Of a stretch of 64,000 bases of DNA, positions 59,197-64,000 are shown piece after piece. The translations under genes and the position numbers were made by a program. Source of the stretch: Anaerolineae bacterium (GTDB lineage: Bacteria; Chloroflexota; Anaerolineae; UBA1429); the NCBI GenBank assembly GCA_963675785.1, contig OY776562.1, forward strand, positions 2,272,001 to 2,336,000. Reading direction: 5' to 3'. The notes under the pieces are model-generated. The model made no database searches, had not been told where the DNA came from, and saw only the letters and a list, made by a program, of their open reading frames with translations. Each line of letters begins with the position of its first letter. The stretch's first letter is position 1.

Positions 59197-61059
59197 TTAT
59201 TTAGATTCGGTCAATGCAAACTGTTGGGCAATCTCTCGAATCTGCTCGCCAGAGATAACCTCGTGTTCCTGAAGCACCGTCGCTACCTGATTCAACGCTT
59301 CCTCGTTCACCCGCAACAACGTAAAAGCCTGATCCTGCGCTGCCTGAATTAAAGAACGCGTCTCCACGTCAATCAAGGCCGTGGTTTCTGGGCTGAGATC
59401 AGAACGCGTGCCTGTGATCCGATCCAGATAACCAGCCCCTGCCGTTGGCGCATAGCGCACCGGGCCGAGTTTTTCATTCATGCCGAACTCGGTGATCATC
59501 CGGCGAGCTAACTCGGTAGCACGTTCCAAGTCATTCGCCGCACCGGTCGAAACATCGTCAAAGATCAACAGCTCGGCCGCCCGACCTCCCAGCATCACCG
59601 CCATGCGTTCCCGCAGTTCTTGCTCACTGAGAAGGTATTGATCCTCATCCGGCATTTGCATGGTATAGCCCAGGGCACCCTTGGCCGTAGGAATGATGCT
59701 CACCTTGTGCACCGGATCAGTATGGGGCAAGAGTTGAGCCACCAGAGCATGGCCGCCTTCATGGTAGGCCACCCTACGCCGAACCGCGGGCTTGAGTGGC
59801 ATCTTGCGCTGCAGGCCAGCCACCACGCGCTCAATAGCCAGATCAAAGTCAACCATAGTTACCGAGTTGCTGTTGCGCCGCACAGCTAAAAGTGCAGCCT
59901 CGTTGACAATATTGGCCAAATCGGCGCCAGAGAAACCCGGCGTAATCTGGGCAATGCGCCCTAAATTTACACCAGGGGCCAGTGAAACGCCACGCGTGTG
60001 AATATCCAAAATCTGCCGACGCCCCTCGTCAGTAGGCAGGCTAACCTCCACTTGCCGATCGAATCGCCCCGGGCGTAATAACGCACGATCGAGAATCTCG
60101 GGGCGGTTGGTTGCCCCCATGATGATCACCCCGGCATTCGCCTCAAAGCCATCCATTTCCGAGAGGAGCTGATTCAACGTTTGTTCGCGCTCATCATTAC
60201 TGCCAAAACTGCCCACTGTCGAGCGAGATTGGCCGATGGCATCGATTTCATCGATAAAGACGATACAGGGTGCTTTGGCCTTGGCTTGCACAAAGAGATC
60301 ACGCACACGGGCTGCGCCCACGCCCACAAACATCTCCACAAAGTCCGAGCCATTGATGGAGAAAAAGGGCACTCCGGCCTCACCAGCTGTGGCCCTGGCG
60401 AGTAGCGTTTTTCCGGTGCCAGGAGGGCCAACAAGCAATACGCCCTTGGGGAGCTTGGCGCCCAGCTTGGTAAAGCGAGCGGGGTCCTTTAGGAAATCAA
60501 TGATCTCCTTGAGCTCGACTTCGACCTCATCAACACCGCCGACATCCTCAAACTTGACGCCCGTCAGTTCACCGGCTATTTCGCGGGCTTTACTCTTGCC
60601 CACCGACATGACGCCTGCGCCACCGCCGCCCAACTGCCCCATCCGCCTAAAGGCGAAATACCAGATGGCTACGAGCGGCAAAATCGTGAGGGCCCATCCC
60701 AAAATAGTCGTCAAAAAGCTCTCAGATTGATCCTCCGCAGAAAAGATCACGCCTGCTGCCAACAAATCATCGATAAGCGCGGGATCTTCAACCCGTATGG
60801 TGCTGAACTGTTGATCGACCTCATTGGCATTGCCGTCAGTCACCGTCTCGCAGCAAGTATAGTAAATCTTGTCTACATCGAGCGTGACCTCTTTGATGTT
60901 TCCTGCCGCCAACTGTTCGCGAAATTCGCTATAGGGAACCTCTTGCACCTGCATTACATAAGGGGTATACAGAAAAGTACGAAAGACGGTCGCAAGCACC
61001 AGTGCCACCACAAAGAACCATGCTGAAAAACGAACTTGCTTGCGTTGTTTATTATCCAA
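59197..61059 (-). CDS. ftsH: ATP-dependent zinc metalloprotease FtsH
   Basis: Two TMs, [40 protein letters not shown]; TTG start at 61059 after AAGGAG. Confidence 0.95.
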   Translation of the reverse strand: MDNKQRKQVRFSAWFFVVALVLATVFRTFLYTPYVMQVQEVPYSEFREQLAAGNIKEVTLDVDKIYYTCCETVTDGNANEVDQQFSTIRVEDPALIDDLLAAGVIFSAEDQSESFLTTILGWALTILPLVAIWYFAFRRMGQLGGGGAGVMSVGKSKAREIAGELTGVKFEDVGGVDEVEVELKEIIDFLKDPARFTKLGAKLPKGVLLVGPPGTGKTLLARATAGEAGVPFFSINGSDFVEMFVGVGAARVRDLFVQAKAKAPCIVFIDEIDAIGQSRSTVGSFGSNDEREQTLNQLLSEMDGFEANAGVIIMGATNRPEILDRALLRPGRFDRQVEVSLPTDEGRRQILDIHTRGVSLAPGVNLGRIAQITPGFSGADLANIVNEAALLAVRRNSNSVTMVDFDLAIERVVAGLQRKMPLKPAVRRRVAYHEGGHALVAQLLPHTDPVHKVSIIPTAKGALGYTMQMPDEDQYLLSEQELRERMAVMLGGRAAELLIFDDVSTGAANDLERATELARRMITEFGMNEKLGPVRYAPTAGAGYLDRITGTRSDLSPETTALIDVETRSLIQAAQDQAFTLLRVNEEALNQVATVLQEHEVISGEQIREIAQQFALTESK

Positions 61060-61093
61060 TCTTTTCTCCTTGCGCCTCACCGGCAACCAACTA

Positions 61094-61924
61094 TCAATCG
61101 CCGCCATATACCTCTTGCTCAGAAAGCGAGCCGTCAGGGTTCACGTGATAGGTATAGATCAATCCCGAATCGTCCTGATAGTATATGATTGAACCGAGAA
61201 CCGTGGCAAGAATATCCTCATTGCTCTGTACGTTCTCATAATAGTAATCGCCGTTGTTGGTGATAAAGATCGCCGGAGGGATATAGTCATCCAGCCCTGA
61301 CAGGGTCGTCCAATTGATGACGGATTGCTGCCCAGAGACCGGGTTCTCATACCCTGCATAGTTATAGCCATCCGCTACCGTACGCTCAGTTAGGCTGCCC
61401 TGCTCTAGCAGTCGCTCGAGCTTGACGCTCCAATAGAGGTCTTCTTCCTCATCGGGGTTGCTATCCAGCGTAACGTGGCTTTTGTAGGCATCAGCAATGG
61501 TTGAACCATCGGCAAGAATACTATTCTGCAGCGTGCCGTTGTAGACGGTGTTCATGGCTGCCAGACATTCAGGCACAGCCGTTACCGGGTCATAGAATAC
61601 CTGAAGCGACGTACCCTCCTCATCCCACCAGTAATAGAATTCCGTCTCTCCATCGAGATAAGATTCAAAGCCATACGCAACATTTGGACCTATCTTGACG
61701 GGCACGGCTGAACTCAGACCGACAATTTGCTCCGCTCCTTCAGCAACATCCAAAGTGTTGTACGAAAGGATTGCCGTCTCCACGACCTCTTTCTCAGCCA
61801 TGGCAGAACGTTGTGCTGCCGCTCCTAACACATTCCCTGTAGAAGCTGCAGCCACACTAACAAGTACCGCAATGATCGCCAAGACGATCAAAAGTTCAAT
61901 CAGTGTAAAACCTCGATTACGCAT
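61094..61924 (-). CDS. Prepilin-type N-terminal cleavage/methylation protein (type IV pilin-like)
   Basis: MRNRG/FTLIELLIVLAIIAVL class III signal peptide with Glu+5. Confidence 0.88.
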   Translation of the reverse strand: MRNRGFTLIELLIVLAIIAVLVSVAAASTGNVLGAAAQRSAMAEKEVVETAILSYNTLDVAEGAEQIVGLSSAVPVKIGPNVAYGFESYLDGETEFYYWWDEEGTSLQVFYDPVTAVPECLAAMNTVYNGTLQNSILADGSTIADAYKSHVTLDSNPDEEEDLYWSVKLERLLEQGSLTERTVADGYNYAGYENPVSGQQSVINWTTLSGLDDYIPPAIFITNNGDYYYENVQSNEDILATVLGSIIYYQDDSGLIYTYHVNPDGSLSEQEVYGGD

Positions 61925-62010
61925 CTTCCCCCCGAACGAACGTAAATATTCCGTCTATAACCATAGTATAGAGAACGGGGTATTGGGGGGCATAAAGTCA
62001 GTATAAAACG

Positions 62011-62505
62011 TCAGGTCAACCTTAAAATTGCCGTGGCCTCACCAGGATAATACGTCAGCATCTGCTGCCGCTCAGCTAGCTCAAAATCGTGAAAATCAAA
62101 GCCGGGAGAAACCGTACAACCCACCAAGGCATAGCCTAGTCCACTCTCAACCTCAGCGCCAAACCAACAGCCGGCCGGCACCACATATTGAAAAGCGCCA
62201 ACCTCCGCGCCCAGATGATGGGCTTCATAGCTACCATCCGGGCGAAACAAGTGGATGACCAGACCTGTGCCAGCGTAAAAGTGCCACATCTCGTCCGACT
62301 TGATGCGGTGAAGGTGGCTGACATCCGCATTCGCTAGCAGATAATAGATGCCCGTACAACAAGCACGTGGCGCATCAAACTGCGCAAGAGTGCCTGCAGG
62401 GATGACCTCTGCCGCTGCATAAGTCTCACGATAGTACCCGCCCTCGGGATGCGACTCCAACTGCAGGCGTTCAATCCAGATTCGAGCTGTATGTTGCTGC
62501 GACAT
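62011..62505 (-). CDS. Cupin domain protein (DUF985/Cupin_5)
   Basis: LESHPEGGYYRET, SHLHRIKSDEMWHFYAG, GCTVSPGFDFHDF. Confidence 0.9.
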   Translation of the reverse strand: MSQQHTARIWIERLQLESHPEGGYYRETYAAAEVIPAGTLAQFDAPRACCTGIYYLLANADVSHLHRIKSDEMWHFYAGTGLVIHLFRPDGSYEAHHLGAEVGAFQYVVPAGCWFGAEVESGLGYALVGCTVSPGFDFHDFELAERQQMLTYYPGEATAILRLT

Positions 62506-62507
62506 GG

Positions 62508-63167
62508 CTAAACCTCCACCGACCAAGCGGCTCTTACAAAAGCGGCCAACTTGTCAGCATCCAAATGCCCCTCGGTACGCACGCCAGAACAGATATCCAC
62601 GCCATAGGGCCGCACCATACGAATTGCCTCGGCCACATTCTCGGAGCACAGCCCACCCGCCAGAAAGACGGGCGTCTTCACCGCCTTAACGATCTCGCGA
62701 CTGATCTCCCAGTTGTGCGTTCTACCAGTGCCGCCCAACTCTTTGCGAGCCAGCTTGGGGTTGCCGGAATCCAACAGAATACCCTGCACCCGGCCATCCA
62801 CCGCCCGCGCCTGCTCAATGGCTTCTGGCCCAGTCACATGAATGACCTGGACGATGCCTATGCCAGGCAGAGCTCTAGCCAACTCCTCATAAGCCGCATC
62901 CTCCACCTCGTCTACAAGCTGCAAAGTGTTCGTGCGGCAAAAGTGTTGTTGGGTGATGATATCGACTGCCTTCTGTCGGCTGGTCAGTAGAAAAGAGCTC
63001 ACGCCTGGCGGCAGTTGCGCCGCAATCTCGACAATACGCTCATCAGGGATGACCCCTGGCCCGCTGGGCATGGCCGAAACCAATCCCAACGCTGAAGCGC
63101 CTGCCTTGATGGCCATCCAGGCTTCATCGATACTGCTAATACAGCAAATCTTGATGTGTACTTTCAT
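62508..63167 (-). CDS. trpF: Phosphoribosylanthranilate isomerase (stand-alone)
   Basis: IKICCI, ILLDS, GGTGRTHNW, FLAGGL, GVDICSGV. Confidence 0.85.
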   Translation of the reverse strand: MKVHIKICCISSIDEAWMAIKAGASALGLVSAMPSGPGVIPDERIVEIAAQLPPGVSSFLLTSRQKAVDIITQQHFCRTNTLQLVDEVEDAAYEELARALPGIGIVQVIHVTGPEAIEQARAVDGRVQGILLDSGNPKLARKELGGTGRTHNWEISREIVKAVKTPVFLAGGLCSENVAEAIRMVRPYGVDICSGVRTEGHLDADKLAAFVRAAWSVEV

Positions 63168-63287
63168 TCCACATTCCACCATTTCGTATCACGCCAAGCC
63201 ATATCGAATCATCCCATGCATGAGAAAGGGTCCACATTCGCCAACGCATCTACGTCGGGTCTACAGCGCATCCTTCCAAAAGCAGCT

Positions 63288-64000
63288 CTAGCGCTCTTCG
63301 CGCTCAAAACGCTCACCGAGGCCATTCGTGCGCTCAAAGGGAGCCCGCACCTCGTTAGAAACGAGAATCCCATAGCGATGGGGACGGCGGTAAGCGTTTC
63401 CCCAGATTCCATGAGCCCGATGCGCCCGCAACGCCTCAAGATCCAACTCGGCAATATAGACTCCTTCGGCTTCTCCTGCCTGAATCAAAAGGCTGCCATC
63501 GGCACCATAGGCCTGCGAATTGCCATTCTGCTGGGGAGTCGCATAGTTGGCCATTGCCACGGCCATCATGTTCTCATAAGCTCGCGTCTTGAGTTGGGCT
63601 GAGCGACAATCTTCGATGGTGCAGGCATTGGGCACCAATACCAGTTCGGCGCCGTTCAACATCAAGCAACGCGCGCTTTCGGGCTGCTCGCGGTCAAAAC
63701 AGATCATGGAACCTACCGCCACGGGCCCCACCGCCGTATCCAATTCGCAAACCGGAAAATCGTCGCCCGGTGTCATACTGGCTTCCATGCGTTTGAAATC
63801 GCTAGTGTGCACCTTGGCATAGGTGAGCACGCGATTTCCATGGCGATCCACCAACACCAGCGTATTGCGTGGCGCGCCGGGCCAGGCTTCTAACAGGGCC
63901 ACACCAATGGCCATATCCAACGCTTGTGCTAACGCCTCAAAGTGCGATACAAAGGGGCCATCTGCCGGTTGAGCGCAAGCCAGCCAATCCTCATAGGGCA
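63288..64000 (-). CDS. Carbon-nitrogen hydrolase (nitrilase superfamily), 5' end off the right edge
   Basis: YAKVH, MICFDRE, RAYEN; frame stays open to the window end. Confidence 0.88.
   Translation of the reverse strand, partial: PYEDWLACAQPADGPFVSHFEALAQALDMAIGVALLEAWPGAPRNTLVLVDRHGNRVLTYAKVHTSDFKRMEASMTPGDDFPVCELDTAVGPVAVGSMICFDREQPESARCLMLNGAELVLVPNACTIEDCRSAQLKTRAYENMMAVAMANYATPQQNGNSQAYGADGSLLIQAGEAEGVYIAELDLEALRAHRAHGIWGNAYRRPHRYGILVSNEVRAPFERTNGLGERFEREER

Overview
This 64-kb window is bacterial chromosome, most consistent with an anaerobic Chloroflexota (Anaerolineae-like) organism. That assignment is an inference from Pro/Thr-rich linkers in membrane proteins, a translin-family gene and an archaeal-type RtcB/archease pair. 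Positions 1-39 kb are mostly minus-strand housekeeping genes: rsmH-mraZ (start of the dcw cluster), nadD, obgE, mnmG, recN, nadK, hisS, a translin/L,D-transpeptidase/TPR/DUF5107-like cluster, nusA-ylxR-infB-rbfA-DHH-truB-ribF extended by archease-rtcB, proS, uppP, tgt, mutL, a pspC/liaFG-like pair and a CsoR-family regulator. Positions 39.4-59.1 kb form a cytoplasmic glycan-processing locus with GH4, a Gfo/Idh/MocA oxidoreductase, GH78, GH2, GH29, an FAD oxidoreductase, a URO-D/MtaA-like TIM barrel, three tandem ~650-aa paralogues of an uncharacterised family, a sugar isomerase-like TIM barrel and an EEP phosphoesterase. The window ends with ftsH, an orphan type IV pilin-like gene, a cupin, trpF and a partial C-N hydrolase. 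No rRNA, tRNA, CRISPR array or mobile element was recognised. The best candidate for an undescribed system is the triple-paralogue array and its surrounding redox/glycosidase operon. All family calls come from reading motifs by eye, not from database searches.
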